Position numbers and translations under genes: made by a program. Of a stretch of 64,000 bases of DNA, positions 1 through 10,134 are shown one piece after another. Origin of the DNA: an uncultured cyanobacterium (lineage in GTDB: Bacteria; Cyanobacteriota; Cyanobacteriia; Phormidesmidales; Phormidesmidaceae); contig CAWBZI010000006.1 in assembly GCA_963793265.1 (NCBI GenBank), forward strand, positions 800,001 to 864,000. Reading direction: 5' to 3'. The notes beneath the pieces are model-generated. The model saw only the letters and a program-made list of their open reading frames with translations. It was not told where the DNA came from and did not search any database. Each line of letters opens with the position of its first letter. The first letter of the stretch is position 1.

Positions 1-1
1 T

Positions 2-1993
2 TTGGAATACGCCCAGTATGCGATTCAAGATGACATTGTGCTACCTGAAGGCTTTACATATGACGTGATTGCCTCTTGGGGAGATCCGGTAGGCGACTCT
101 CGCTTTGGTTATAACAACGACTACCTTTCATTTATTCCAACCGGCCCAGATGAAGGCTATCTAACCGTTAACTTCGAGTACATCAGCACGGAGACGTGGG
201 AGCAAACTTATCCAGAAGTTATCGGCAAGGCTTTGCCTTTTGAAGACGTTAAGAAGGCGGTAGAAAGCGAGGAAGTCGATGCGTTTAGTTTGCCTGACGA
301 TAGCGCACTTAAAGCTCAAATTAGAGAAATCTCAAAAGCAGCGCTGATCGATCAGGGGCTAGGCGTAATCGCTGTGCGCAAATCAGCCGATGGCCAGTGG
401 GCGCGCGTACCTGGCTCAAACGACCGCCGCGTATCAGGCATATCCGGGCTAGAAGATGGCCGCTACTTAAAGACAACTGGCCCCGCAACGGCTGTGTTTA
501 TGAAAAGTGAGGTGACTGGCTACACTGATGGACTAGGCAATAAAGCTATCGGGACTTTTGGCAACTGCGCAGGTGGAACAACGCCTTGGGGAACCGTTCT
601 AAGCGCTGAGGAAAATATCCAAAATCAGGTGCCAGAGGCCGTTCATAAAGATGGGTCTTCTTTTGTACCGGGAGCAAGATCCTTTGATATCGGCTTCGAT
701 GGTCAGGGTAATGTGTTGGGGCTAGCGGGCAATAAATACGGATGGATTGTGGAGATCGATCCAGCGAACGCGGATGACTATGGCACTAAGCACACTTGGC
801 TGGGTCGGTATCGGCATGAGGCGGTAGGCGTGAGAGTTGAGGCGGGGAAGAAGCTGGCGTTTTATTCAGGGTGCGATCGCCGGGGCGGACACGTTTACAA
901 ATTCATCAGCGCTGGCACCGTCACTAACCCAACAGACAAAGCAAACTCCACCCTGCTCTCAGATGGAATGCTCTACGCTGCAAAGCTTAATGCTGATGGC
1001 ACAGGGGAATGGATAGCGCTGAATCCAAGCACGCCTGTAGATCCCGTTTTGCCTAGCGAGGTGATGGGCGGCATGGTGACGTTGCCGAAGCGGCCTGATG
1101 GAGGATTTGAGGAGGTGGAAGATGATGCGATCGCCCTCCAGCTCAAAGAAAAATTCGCCACACTAGGCGATCTTTACGAAGGCAGCGACCTCGAAAAACA
1201 AGGCGCTATCCTCATTGACGCCCACTTCGCAGCCAATGCCGCCGGAGCCACCGCAACGGCTCGCCCAGAAGACACAATCGTTAATTCAGAAGGCACCCTT
1301 TTTATCGCCTTCACCTCTGGCACCCCAGGCGGCGACGGTGGCCCAGACAAAGCCATTTTTATTGGCCCCAACGGCGAATCCGACTACGAAGCTGGCTGGA
1401 TTGTGAAATTCACCGAAACCAACAACGACCCGGCTGCGCTCACCTTCAACTGGGAAAAAGTCGTCGCAGGTGGCGAGCCTACAGACGGCGGCTTTGGATT
1501 TGCTAATCCAGACAACCTAGAGTTCGACAGCAAAGGCAACCTGTGGACAGTCACCGATATGTCTACGAGCACGCACAATAAGCCTGTCCCATCTCAGCGC
1601 AAAGACGAGGAGGGCAAACCCATCAGCGGCAAAGACTTATTGGGGCTATACGGCAATAACTCTCTTTGGCAAATTAGCCTCACGGGTGAAACTGCCGGGG
1701 AAGCGAAAATGTTCGCCTACGGCCCAATGGAATGCGAGCTAACCGGGCCATTTTTTACAGAGGATGATAGCACCCTGTTCATAGCAGCGCAGCATCCTGG
1801 TGAAAAGAACGGTGCGCGTCAAGCGATGGCATCTGAAATCCGCGAGTTTGAAATGAAGACAACCGCAGGGGAAACTTTTTTACAGCGACGTGAGGTGCCA
1901 GTAGGTTCTAATTGGCCTGGTAAAACAGAAAGCTCTTTACCAAAACCGTCAGTAGTCGCAATCAGACGGGCAGCAGGCGGTAGCATAGCTTAA
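2..1993 (+). CDS. phoX: PhoX-family (DUF839) alkaline phosphatase, 5'-truncated by window edge
   Basis: Motifs FGYNNDY, NCAGGTTPWGTVLSAEEN, LGRYRHEA, RPED, NPDNL, ELTGPFF, QHPGE. Confidence 0.9.
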   Translation: MEYAQYAIQDDIVLPEGFTYDVIASWGDPVGDSRFGYNNDYLSFIPTGPDEGYLTVNFEYISTETWEQTYPEVIGKALPFEDVKKAVESEEVDAFSLPDDSALKAQIREISKAALIDQGLGVIAVRKSADGQWARVPGSNDRRVSGISGLEDGRYLKTTGPATAVFMKSEVTGYTDGLGNKAIGTFGNCAGGTTPWGTVLSAEENIQNQVPEAVHKDGSSFVPGARSFDIGFDGQGNVLGLAGNKYGWIVEIDPANADDYGTKHTWLGRYRHEAVGVRVEAGKKLAFYSGCDRRGGHVYKFISAGTVTNPTDKANSTLLSDGMLYAAKLNADGTGEWIALNPSTPVDPVLPSEVMGGMVTLPKRPDGGFEEVEDDAIALQLKEKFATLGDLYEGSDLEKQGAILIDAHFAANAAGATATARPEDTIVNSEGTLFIAFTSGTPGGDGGPDKAIFIGPNGESDYEAGWIVKFTETNNDPAALTFNWEKVVAGGEPTDGGFGFANPDNLEFDSKGNLWTVTDMSTSTHNKPVPSQRKDEEGKPISGKDLLGLYGNNSLWQISLTGETAGEAKMFAYGPMECELTGPFFTEDDSTLFIAAQHPGEKNGARQAMASEIREFEMKTTAGETFLQRREVPVGSNWPGKTESSLPKPSVVAIRRAAGGSIA

Positions 1994-2027
1994 TCTTTGC
2001 ATTAAGCCGCTGTGCTTCTCCCCTGAT

Positions 2028-2669
2028 ATGTCCCTTTCTCAAAAACTCTGGCAGGCAAATCAAGACTTAGCCAAAGCCTCTCTAAACAACCCGTTTGTTC
2101 AGGGCATTAGTGACGGCTCCTTACCTGCCGATAAGTTCGCCTACTACGTCGGACAAGACGCATTCTTCTTAGAATCCTTTGCACGTGCATACAGCGTTTG
2201 CGCAGCTAAAGCGCCTACGTGGGAGAGCTTTCAAACGTTTCATGCCCTAGCAGAAGGCGTTTTACAGGAGCTAAACCTACACAAAAGCTATGCACAGTCT
2301 TGGAACGTAGATATCACAAGCGTTGAACCTGACACAGCCACACGTCAGTACACTGATTTTTTACTGTCAACAGCCTGGAGTCAGCCTATAGCAACAACGG
2401 CTGTCGCCATGTCGCCCTGTATGCGTCTGTACGCCTACTTAGGACAGACGCTTCTCCATAAAAGAGGGACTAACAATACAAATGCCATAGATTCTAATCC
2501 TTATAAAGACTGGATAGAAACCTATGGCAGTGATGATTTTGAGCCTTTGGCCACGCAGCTAGAGGCTATTGTCGATGAGCATTCTGAAGATACGCAGGTC
2601 ATACGCTCAACGTATCGGTATGCGATGACCTGCGAACGAGACTTTTTCCAAGCAGCTTGGCATCAATAA
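2028..2669 (+). CDS. tenA: TenA/thiaminase II family protein
   Basis: NPFVQGISDGSL..FAYYVGQDAFFL, PCMRLYAYLG, YKDWIETY, ERDFF. Confidence 0.85.
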   Translation: MSLSQKLWQANQDLAKASLNNPFVQGISDGSLPADKFAYYVGQDAFFLESFARAYSVCAAKAPTWESFQTFHALAEGVLQELNLHKSYAQSWNVDITSVEPDTATRQYTDFLLSTAWSQPIATTAVAMSPCMRLYAYLGQTLLHKRGTNNTNAIDSNPYKDWIETYGSDDFEPLATQLEAIVDEHSEDTQVIRSTYRYAMTCERDFFQAAWHQ

Positions 2670-2696
2670 ACGTCAGACGCAAGCTACGTGAAAGCC

Positions 2697-2984
2697 CTAT
2701 TCTTCAACGTACATTTCAGGCTCAATGGCAAAGTTATTCATTCGACCTGAGTCATCAACAACAAATCCGCCTGTTGTCTTTAAATCAGAGCCTTCTTCAC
2801 TCTCTTTAGCAGCAGCAATGTCCTCTTTGTCCTCTTCAGGGTGACCGCCGGGCATTGACTTTGTGCCGGGTGGCTGTACGGCGTCACCGACTGGCTGAGC
2901 AACTTGTACGGCCCACTGATCGCCTGCCGCACCTTTTCCAGGTTCTGCTTCAGTTTGGATATTTTCGTTTTGATTAGTCGCCAT
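2697..2984 (-). CDS. Small acidic protein ending in a Psb34/Ssl1498-like motif
   Basis: 95 aa ORF with GGAG RBS; C-terminus DDSGRMNNFAIEPEMY. Confidence 0.65.
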   Translation of the reverse strand: MATNQNENIQTEAEPGKGAAGDQWAVQVAQPVGDAVQPPGTKSMPGGHPEEDKEDIAAAKESEEGSDLKTTGGFVVDDSGRMNNFAIEPEMYVEE

Positions 2985-3107
2985 AAAAAGGGCTCCTTCT
3001 ACTTACGTATGTCATCATCTAACTTAAGAGGAATGAGCTACCTAGCGCGTCTTACGTTAGATGAGCTTTCGTTCTATCAATAGTGATATTTTTACAGCGC
3101 TCGTTTT

Positions 3108-3713
3108 TTAGTTGGGTAGCGCAAAGTCGTAGTGTTCCTTAGCCGTCCACATTTTGCCATCGTACGCTAGCAGCGTAAGCTGATGAACGGTGAAATCGAA
3201 ATGGATTTCTTGGTGTTCAAAAACTGACCACGCCTTGCGAAACATGTTGGGCTTGAGATCGCGGAAGGCGACGGTAAGGTGGGGGACAAATGAGCGGTTG
3301 CGATCGCGCTTACTCACCAACCCAATCTGCTCCTCCAAATAATCCAAGAGCTTAGACTGAACCGTCATCAGGCGATCGCGCTTCACTACATTGATATAAA
3401 TCACGTGCGGCGCAAACGCAGCGAAGCCATTAAGCGTCATTGGAATCGGCGCTTGCGTAGCGGCAAAGGCATTCAACGCGCTGCCAAGGTTAGCGACATC
3501 TCTTACAGGCCAATCGAAAGGAGCTAGTAGGGTGACATGAGGCGGAGAGCGGAAGGCGGCTTTGCTAGCGTAGCGATCGCGCATCACACCTTTTATCTCA
3601 TTCGCCTTTACCCGTACTTCCTCAGGCGGCAGCAGTCCGACAAAAAAACGCTTACAGACTGGCGGCGGTGACTTCGACCTTTCATTAAGTTCCACAGATT
3701 TTTCAATGGCCAT
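3108..3713 (-). CDS. 2H phosphoesterase / 2'-5' RNA ligase family protein
   Basis: Two HxT motifs: PPHVTL and PHLTVA. Confidence 0.85.
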   Translation of the reverse strand: MAIEKSVELNERSKSPPPVCKRFFVGLLPPEEVRVKANEIKGVMRDRYASKAAFRSPPHVTLLAPFDWPVRDVANLGSALNAFAATQAPIPMTLNGFAAFAPHVIYINVVKRDRLMTVQSKLLDYLEEQIGLVSKRDRNRSFVPHLTVAFRDLKPNMFRKAWSVFEHQEIHFDFTVHQLTLLAYDGKMWTAKEHYDFALPN

Positions 3714-3749
3714 AGAATAGTCTGTTTAGAGGAGGCACAAGGAATCGCG

Positions 3750-4037
3750 ATGGCATGGTTCGTCAAAATTGAGCGCGGCATTGTTGACAAGCCCAGATTC
3801 GATCAGTTCGTAGGCGCTCATGTTGCATACGTTAACAGCTTGAATTTAAAAGGGCATCAAGCAAGCAGTGGATATTGGGCGGAGCGCGGCGGCGGTATGC
3901 TCATTTTTGAAGCCGATTCTATGGACGCGGCCAAAGCAATCATTGAGGCTGATCCCCTAATTTCTAACAACTGTGTCACCTATGAGATGCATGAATGGTG
4001 TCTTGTCGCACATCCTGACAAAAATTCTTCAACATAA
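3750..4037 (+). CDS. YciI family protein
   Basis: AHVAYV..GGGMLIFEADS..EADPL. Confidence 0.85.
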   Translation: MAWFVKIERGIVDKPRFDQFVGAHVAYVNSLNLKGHQASSGYWAERGGGMLIFEADSMDAAKAIIEADPLISNNCVTYEMHEWCLVAHPDKNSST

Positions 4038-4135
4038 ATCTTAAGACGACGCGATACGAGCGCAGGCTGATGTCAGAAATGGCAGCGAGCCTCTAGACTT
4101 AAAACGCTAAGAACTCTTCAAACACTGACTTCATC

Positions 4136-4627
4136 ATGGCCAAACCCGGCAAAGATAGCGGCGGCGGTGGCATCAAAATTGCAGCGAACAATCGCCAGGC
4201 CCGCTTTCAATACGAAATTTTAGACACCTACGAAGCAGGCGTCGCGCTGCTGGGCACTGAGGTGAAATCTATCCGCGAAGGCAAAGTGAACTTGCAGGAT
4301 GGATTTGCCAACGTCAAACGAGGTGAAGTGTGGCTGCATAACGTGCATATTTCGCCGCACAGAATGACGAATTTGGCCTACAACCACGAGCCGCGTCGGG
4401 TTCGCAAGCTGCTACTGCATAAGCAGGAAATCCGTAAGCTGATTGGTCAGACTGAGCAAAAGGGCTTAACGTTGGTGCCGCTCAAAATGTACTTTAAGGA
4501 TGGAAAGATTAAGGTCAGCATTGCGCTGGGCAGAGGTAAAAAGCTGCACGACAAGCGCGAAAGCCTGAAGAAAAAGCAGGACAATCGCGAGATGGCAAGG
4601 GTGATGAAGAGTCGAGGCCAGGAATAA
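4136..4627 (+). CDS. smpB: SsrA-binding protein SmpB
   Basis: NRQARFQYEILDTYEAGVALLGTEVKSIR, RKLLLHK, GKKLHDKRE. Confidence 0.97.
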   Translation: MAKPGKDSGGGGIKIAANNRQARFQYEILDTYEAGVALLGTEVKSIREGKVNLQDGFANVKRGEVWLHNVHISPHRMTNLAYNHEPRRVRKLLLHKQEIRKLIGQTEQKGLTLVPLKMYFKDGKIKVSIALGRGKKLHDKRESLKKKQDNREMARVMKSRGQE

Positions 4628-4628
4628 C

Positions 4629-6254
4629 CTACCGCGAATGACCTACCGCGGTTACTTGCAGTGGTTGCTCACAGGTCGCCCGATCAATGGTCGCGACCAC
4701 CTGTTCATAAATGTCCTCAGCTTCTTGCGGCGTGTTGCCAATGCAGGTAAGCCCCAGCTTGCCGTGCTCGCTCAAGCAGCCCATCAGGTGAAACACCACG
4801 CCCACGCCATCAATAGAGCTGAAGTGCAGTTGCTCGCCCATGATGATATCCATCAGGTCGTTAGGCAGTAGCCCTTTGTACGCCTGATTTTGCAGGTTAT
4901 CAGAGGCGCGATAGTATTTTGCCTGACCGTTTTTGGTGTAGAACTTACCGTCTTTGAGGCTGTAAGTCCCATTGGTCAGCAGCTTTAGCGCCATGAATGG
5001 ATGCGTTGTGCCACCTTTGCGTAAGTTGATTTCAATTGCATTCAGTTCCCAAGGATTAGCCACGTTCTCAGGATTATGTACGGCGATAAAGTCTACGCTA
5101 TAGCGCTCTAGTGCGCCTTTGGCTGCTAAGTTCTTGCCCACTTTACGGCCCATATCTTGCAGCGCCATTCGATAGGCGTCAGCAGCCGGGAATGTGCAGC
5201 CTAGAAAGATTTGACCGTCAGGGCCACCTAATACCTGATCATGAGTGGAAAGGATTTCGACATCCCCTTTGGGGGTAACGCGCCCCTGTACGCTTGGGGA
5301 GTATTTTTCCTCGCCTTCGATAAAGGCTTCTGCGATCGCACCCAACTCCTCAATCTTCCGCTCAAACGAAGCCCAAGTCTCGGTATTACACTGAAACCGC
5401 AGCTCAGGCAAAGCCCCTTCAATTGCAGCTACTCGCGCATCGTGACTTGCCTTACCTGGAGCCACATCAGCCAGCGGCTTCAGCGAAAATAGAGCATTCC
5501 CCTCACCCGAGAATCCTTCATTGAGCTTAATGACAATTCGCTGCAACTCGGGCTGTCGCTCCCACAGCGCTGCCGTCACCTCAGACAAGTCCGCCGTGTT
5601 ATGCGTTAGCTCGCTACCGTCTGGCAAAGGCAAACCGCACTCGGTAAAGATCTGACGACTGCCGCCCTTAGTCCCCCAGTACAAAAGATCAGGATTGACC
5701 GCAAGCAAAGGCAAATCTAGCGTGAGCGCCAAGTCCCGCTCTAGCTCGGTAGAGTTGTAGCAGGTCATGTAGGCTTCATCAGGCTTGATTTTGGCTTTAA
5801 TACGCCGCATGAGCCTGGGTCGGGCCAGGATTTTCTCTGAGAGCGGGCGGAGGGAGGAGTCGTAGGTGGCGAAAAGATCGAGGCGATCGCGCGCATGAGA
5901 ACTCGGAATCCCCGGCAGTAGCTCTAGATAATAGTCCACGATGCTCGGATGCAATGGCTGAGACGTGACGTAGATAATCCGCGTCTCTGGATTGCGCAAG
6001 CGGATTAGCGAAAACAGCAGGCGCTCCTCGTAGTGATGAACGCCTTTCACCTTCATCAGCTCAGCCTGATCGAGGCTCAGCGAAGGCACTACTAAAATTT
6101 GCCGGGGCTGTCGGTCAAAATCATCAATCGATCGCCATCGGTTAGGCAGCTCGGCCTGCAATCGCAAAAACTTTTTGGCAATCTCATCGGTATCAGCTTC
6201 CAGGCTACTTGCTGAAATATGATCTTGACGAAAAGGTGCTTCAGCTATGGCCAT
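4629..6254 (-). CDS. PGM1-related ATP-grasp peptide ligase
   Basis: HYEERLLFSLIRL, KLNEGFSGEGNA, SPSVQ, EINLRKGGTTHP; ATG at 6254 preceded by GGAGG. Confidence 0.8.
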   Translation of the reverse strand: MAIAEAPFRQDHISASSLEADTDEIAKKFLRLQAELPNRWRSIDDFDRQPRQILVVPSLSLDQAELMKVKGVHHYEERLLFSLIRLRNPETRIIYVTSQPLHPSIVDYYLELLPGIPSSHARDRLDLFATYDSSLRPLSEKILARPRLMRRIKAKIKPDEAYMTCYNSTELERDLALTLDLPLLAVNPDLLYWGTKGGSRQIFTECGLPLPDGSELTHNTADLSEVTAALWERQPELQRIVIKLNEGFSGEGNALFSLKPLADVAPGKASHDARVAAIEGALPELRFQCNTETWASFERKIEELGAIAEAFIEGEEKYSPSVQGRVTPKGDVEILSTHDQVLGGPDGQIFLGCTFPAADAYRMALQDMGRKVGKNLAAKGALERYSVDFIAVHNPENVANPWELNAIEINLRKGGTTHPFMALKLLTNGTYSLKDGKFYTKNGQAKYYRASDNLQNQAYKGLLPNDLMDIIMGEQLHFSSIDGVGVVFHLMGCLSEHGKLGLTCIGNTPQEAEDIYEQVVATIDRATCEQPLQVTAVGHSR

Positions 6255-6395
6255 GGGTGCCTCCAGGTGCGATCGCAATCAAAAACAAAGATAGGTGTCC
6301 TAATCATTAGAGCTTAATACGCACGCGGATCAGCAGCCTTATCCCTATCGACGGGATTTTCACCCACTGGCGCTAGAAAGATAAAACCTGAGAGC

Positions 6396-6433
6396 AAAAA
6401 AAGTCGGTGCAACTCATAGAGAACTACACCGAC
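6396..6433 (-). terminator. Intrinsic terminator downstream of sigF
   Basis: GTCGGTG/CACCGAC stem with a 7-A run (U-tract on the minus strand). Confidence 0.6.
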
Positions 6434-6496
6434 CGATTCACTTAGGTGAGCCGAGGACAACGGCTAAGGAAACATGAAAAAACGGAAAGTCTAATA

Positions 6497-7342
6497 TTAA
6501 GGATCAGTTTGCAGCTCTTGCTGTGGCTGCAAATAAGCGATCATTTGCTCAACACCGCGCTGAATGCGACGTGTGACCGTCATGGGGCTCACACCGATGC
6601 GCTCAGCAACTTCCTTACGAGAAAGCCCTTTGAAAAACACAAACTCAATAGCAGAGCGCGTCTTTTCTTCAAGCTGGTTCATCGCCCGCTGAATCTGCTG
6701 ACGGTCTTCTTCCAAACCCTGCAACATCATGTAGTGAATATCAGGCAGCGTATCGCCCAGCGTAATGCTCGAATCAATTTGGTGGCAGACAGTCGCATCT
6801 AGGCTCAGCGGCATCCGATTTTTGTTCGCCATCTTTACCTGTCTCCACTCTTGTACAGAGACATTAACCGCTTCAGCCATTTCAATATCAGAGGGCTGAC
6901 GGCCATAGCGGCGGATGAGTTCAGCCTGCTTCTTTTGGCCTTCTTTTTGCAAGTCTTGCCAGCGACGAGGAATTTTTACGGTGGTGCCGCGATCGCGCAA
7001 AAAGTGGAGCATTTCACCACGAATGTAAGGCACTGCAAAAGAGCTAAACGCACAGCCCTGGCCAGGATCAAAACGCTCAATAGAACGAATCAAACCGATA
7101 TAGCCAATCTGCTCAAGATCTTCATAAGGCTCAGCACACTGATGACTAACGCGGTGGGCAATCTTACGAACCAAACCAGCATTGAGGCGAACAAGCTGAT
7201 TACGGAGCCGAACTGATTTATCTACCTTGTACTGCATGAGCAGTTCCATACCGCGAGAACGAAGCTGAGCTGATTTTGAAGAAGCCATGTTAATTGCAGT
7301 GATTACTGCATCGAAGCGAGCGTTTGCGTGAATTGAATTCAT
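6497..7342 (-). CDS. sigF: Group 3 RNA polymerase sigma factor SigF
   Basis: RNQLVRLNAGLVRKIAH, DLEQIGYIGLIRSIERFDP, AVPYIRGEMLHFLRD, C-terminal HTH; true start may be downstream. Confidence 0.92.
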   Translation of the reverse strand: MNSIHANARFDAVITAINMASSKSAQLRSRGMELLMQYKVDKSVRLRNQLVRLNAGLVRKIAHRVSHQCAEPYEDLEQIGYIGLIRSIERFDPGQGCAFSSFAVPYIRGEMLHFLRDRGTTVKIPRRWQDLQKEGQKKQAELIRRYGRQPSDIEMAEAVNVSVQEWRQVKMANKNRMPLSLDATVCHQIDSSITLGDTLPDIHYMMLQGLEEDRQQIQRAMNQLEEKTRSAIEFVFFKGLSRKEVAERIGVSPMTVTRRIQRGVEQMIAYLQPQQELQTDP

Positions 7343-7882
7343 TTTCGGGAACAGCCCCTTTACTCACCATCGTTGAAACACGGTAGTCGCTAACTAGGCA
7401 CCCCAATATGGTCAGCGGATACACGCACAAAGACGCATTTCGCACACATCTTCCCAAATGCAAAACGCCCTGCTAAAAGCCACTCCAGCTATCAAATTCA
7501 GTAAATATTCTGAAAAAACTATTTAACCCAACAAATTATTTTAGAATCGCCTTTTGCTTCCCTTGCACCTCAAAAACGCCCATCATCTGCACCGAGTTTT
7601 CACGGAAACTAGCCTTCATTTTCAGCTACGCATAGCATCAGTAACTTCCATCATTCTTCGCTCCAGAAATATCAATTTGAGTTGATAAAAAGTACCCAGC
7701 CGACACAAAAGAGTTCAAACCGTTAGCCTACGAAGCGATATTTCTTAAGCCGGGCTTTATAAAGTGGCCAGATAAAATAGCGAGCCGAAAAGAATATTAA
7801 GGGTGGAGAGCCGTAATGCCGCAGCCCTGTAAATTCAGTACAATTCAGATTAGATAACTCTTTTAGGACAACCCTTTAGCTA

Positions 7883-8611
7883 ATGAGTAACACCAGTAAT
7901 TTTCGCAAAGCCATTCGCGATGCTCAGGGCGGCTCGATTATCGGCCCTAACGTCATTGCCAATGCCCTTCCCTACGTCGGCGGCGGTCTGATTCTCACCG
8001 CTTTAGGTACTTTCGGCGGACTCAACGTTCAAGCCGCTAGACCTGATATCTTCATGCCCACGTTCATCGTGGCAATCATTGCCGAGCTAGTTCTATTCTT
8101 CGTCGCTCGCAGCGTTGCGCTTAAAGGTAATAACTCAGTCGCTTTACCGCTGCTAGCAACCTACGGCCTGTTATCTGGCTACACCCTAAGCGGTATTGTT
8201 GGCATCGCCTTAGCTAGCAGCGGCGTAGGTCTTACGGGTGTAGGTGCTGCTGCATTAGGCTGCGGTGTTACGTTCATCGCCGCCAAACCAATTGGCTCCA
8301 ACCTCTCAGAAGAAGACGGCTTTGCTCTCACTAAAACTATTCAGCTCGGCATCATCGCGCTGATAGTGGTAATCGTCGGTCAGCTCGTATTTAGCCTGTT
8401 TGGCGTAGGCACCCCTGGCTTCCTTGAAATCGCCATTTCTGCCATCGGCGTGCTGCTATTCGTTGGCGCAGCCGTTGTAGACTTCTTCATTCTGCCTCGC
8501 ACCTACCGCGACGATCAGGCCATTCCCGCCGCGCTGTCGATGTATCTCACTTACATCAATTTGTTTGTCTTCATCCTGCGCCTATTGATCGCTATCAACG
8601 GCAGAGACTAG
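7883..8611 (+). CDS. Bax inhibitor-1/YccA family membrane protein
   Basis: About 7 hydrophobic segments; C-terminal AALSMYLTYINLFVFILRLL. Confidence 0.88.
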   Translation: MSNTSNFRKAIRDAQGGSIIGPNVIANALPYVGGGLILTALGTFGGLNVQAARPDIFMPTFIVAIIAELVLFFVARSVALKGNNSVALPLLATYGLLSGYTLSGIVGIALASSGVGLTGVGAAALGCGVTFIAAKPIGSNLSEEDGFALTKTIQLGIIALIVVIVGQLVFSLFGVGTPGFLEIAISAIGVLLFVGAAVVDFFILPRTYRDDQAIPAALSMYLTYINLFVFILRLLIAINGRD

Positions 8612-8652
8612 ACTAAGTAACCAGTTCTCAGGCAATTCAGGTAATTAATATG

Positions 8653-8688
8653 AGGGGTCTGGATTTGGTTCAGACCCCTTTTGTTTTT
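8653..8688 (+). terminator. Intrinsic terminator
   Basis: AGGGGTCTG/CAGACCCCT stem followed by TTTGTTTTT. Confidence 0.8.
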
Positions 8689-8713
8689 GACTTAATCCTC
8701 AAACAACACGTTT

Positions 8714-9839
8714 ATGTTCGATACCACCACCCTCAAACAAGAAATCGATTCAATCGCTGAGCGCCTGGGCAAAGCTCAGGACTATCTTTGACATTCCTGC
8801 CCTCAATGCCAAAATCAATGACTTAGAGCAGCTATCCGCGCAGCCCGACTTTTGGGACGATCAGGCCAGTGCGCAAAAGCAGCTCCAAGAACTCAGCGAC
8901 TACAAGTCGAACTTAGATCAGGTGAAAGGCTGGTCTACAAGCTTGGAAGACTCGGGCGCGATTCTAGAGCTGTTAGAGCTAGAGGCGGATGAAGGTCTGC
9001 TATCTGAGGCTGAAAATACGGTCAACCAGCTCAATCGCGAGCTGGATCAATGGGAGCTACAGCAGCTTCTTTCTGGCCCCTACGATAAAGAGGGCGCAGT
9101 GCTGACGATCAATGCAGGTGCGGGGGGTACTGATGCTCAAGACTGGGCTGAAATGCTTTTGCGCATGTACACCCGATGGAGTGAGCAAAACGGCTATCGG
9201 CTCAGCATGGTCGAAAAGTCTGAGGGCGATGAGGCGGGCCTCAAGTCGGTGACGTTAGAGATAGAGGGGCGCTATGCCTATGGCTATCTCAAAGGTGAAA
9301 AAGGAACGCATCGTCTAGTCAGAATTTCGCCGTTTAATGCAAATGGCAAGCGGCAGACGAGCTTTGCGGGCGTAGAGGTGATGCCTATTCTTAATGATGA
9401 TGTCGAACTGGATATTCCTGATAAGGATCTAGAGGTTAAGACATCAAGATCGGGAGGTGCGGGCGGTCAGAATGTGAACAAGGTGGAGACGGCAGTTAGG
9501 GTAACGCATTTGCCAACGGGACTTTCGGTGCGGTGTACTCAGGAGCGATCGCAGCTCCAAAACAAAGAAAAAGCCATGGCCCTCTTGAAGTCTAAGCTCC
9601 TTGTCATTGCCCAAGAACAGCGCACCCAAGAAATTGCCGACATCCGAGGCGATATGGTGGAAGCGGCCTGGGGCAACCAGATTCGCAACTACGTTTTTCA
9701 TCCTTATCAGATGGTGAAAGATCTGCGCACAAATGTTGAAACCACGGCGGTATCCGATGTGATGGATGGCGATTTAGAAGCGTTTACACAGGCTTATTTG
9801 CGCCAAGAAAATCAAATGCTTCAGGAAAGCACCGTCTAA
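8714..9839 (+). CDS. prfB: Peptide chain release factor 2, +1 programmed frameshift
   Basis: ATG 8714 reads to CTT TGA at 8786-8791; the +1 frame joins ORF 8922..9839 containing SPF and GGQ motifs. Confidence 0.96.
8778..8792 (+). promoter_or_regulatory. prfB +1 frameshift cassette
   Basis: AGGA-CTAT-CTTTGAC: SD-like element upstream of the canonical slippery site/stop. Confidence 0.93.
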
Positions 9840-9927
9840 AGAACTGCACAAGACCATCTCCTCATTTACGATAAATGAAAGGCAGCTACTCAAAATTCTG
9901 TCAACACAAATAAAACACAAACAAACC

Positions 9928-10119
9928 ATGAGCACCGATCAATCAGTCGCTACCGAACTAGAGAAGAAGTCGTCAGAGCTAAATGAGCCGCCGCCAAGCT
10001 ACGTCAAGCTAGCGATGCGAAACATGGTAAAAAAAGGAGGCAAATCGCTCTATCATTTCTTTTTATCTTCCGTTGCTTTGCTAACCCTGTTTATTGGGCT
10101 TGCCTACCTCACTCGCTAG
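9928..10119 (+). CDS. Small cyanobacterial membrane protein (DUF3285-like)
   Basis: PPSYVKLAMRNMVKKG plus C-terminal TM helix; usual prfB-ybeY context. Confidence 0.8.
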   Translation: MSTDQSVATELEKKSSELNEPPPSYVKLAMRNMVKKGGKSLYHFFLSSVALLTLFIGLAYLTR

Positions 10120-10134
10120 GGTCGAACTTCTTTT

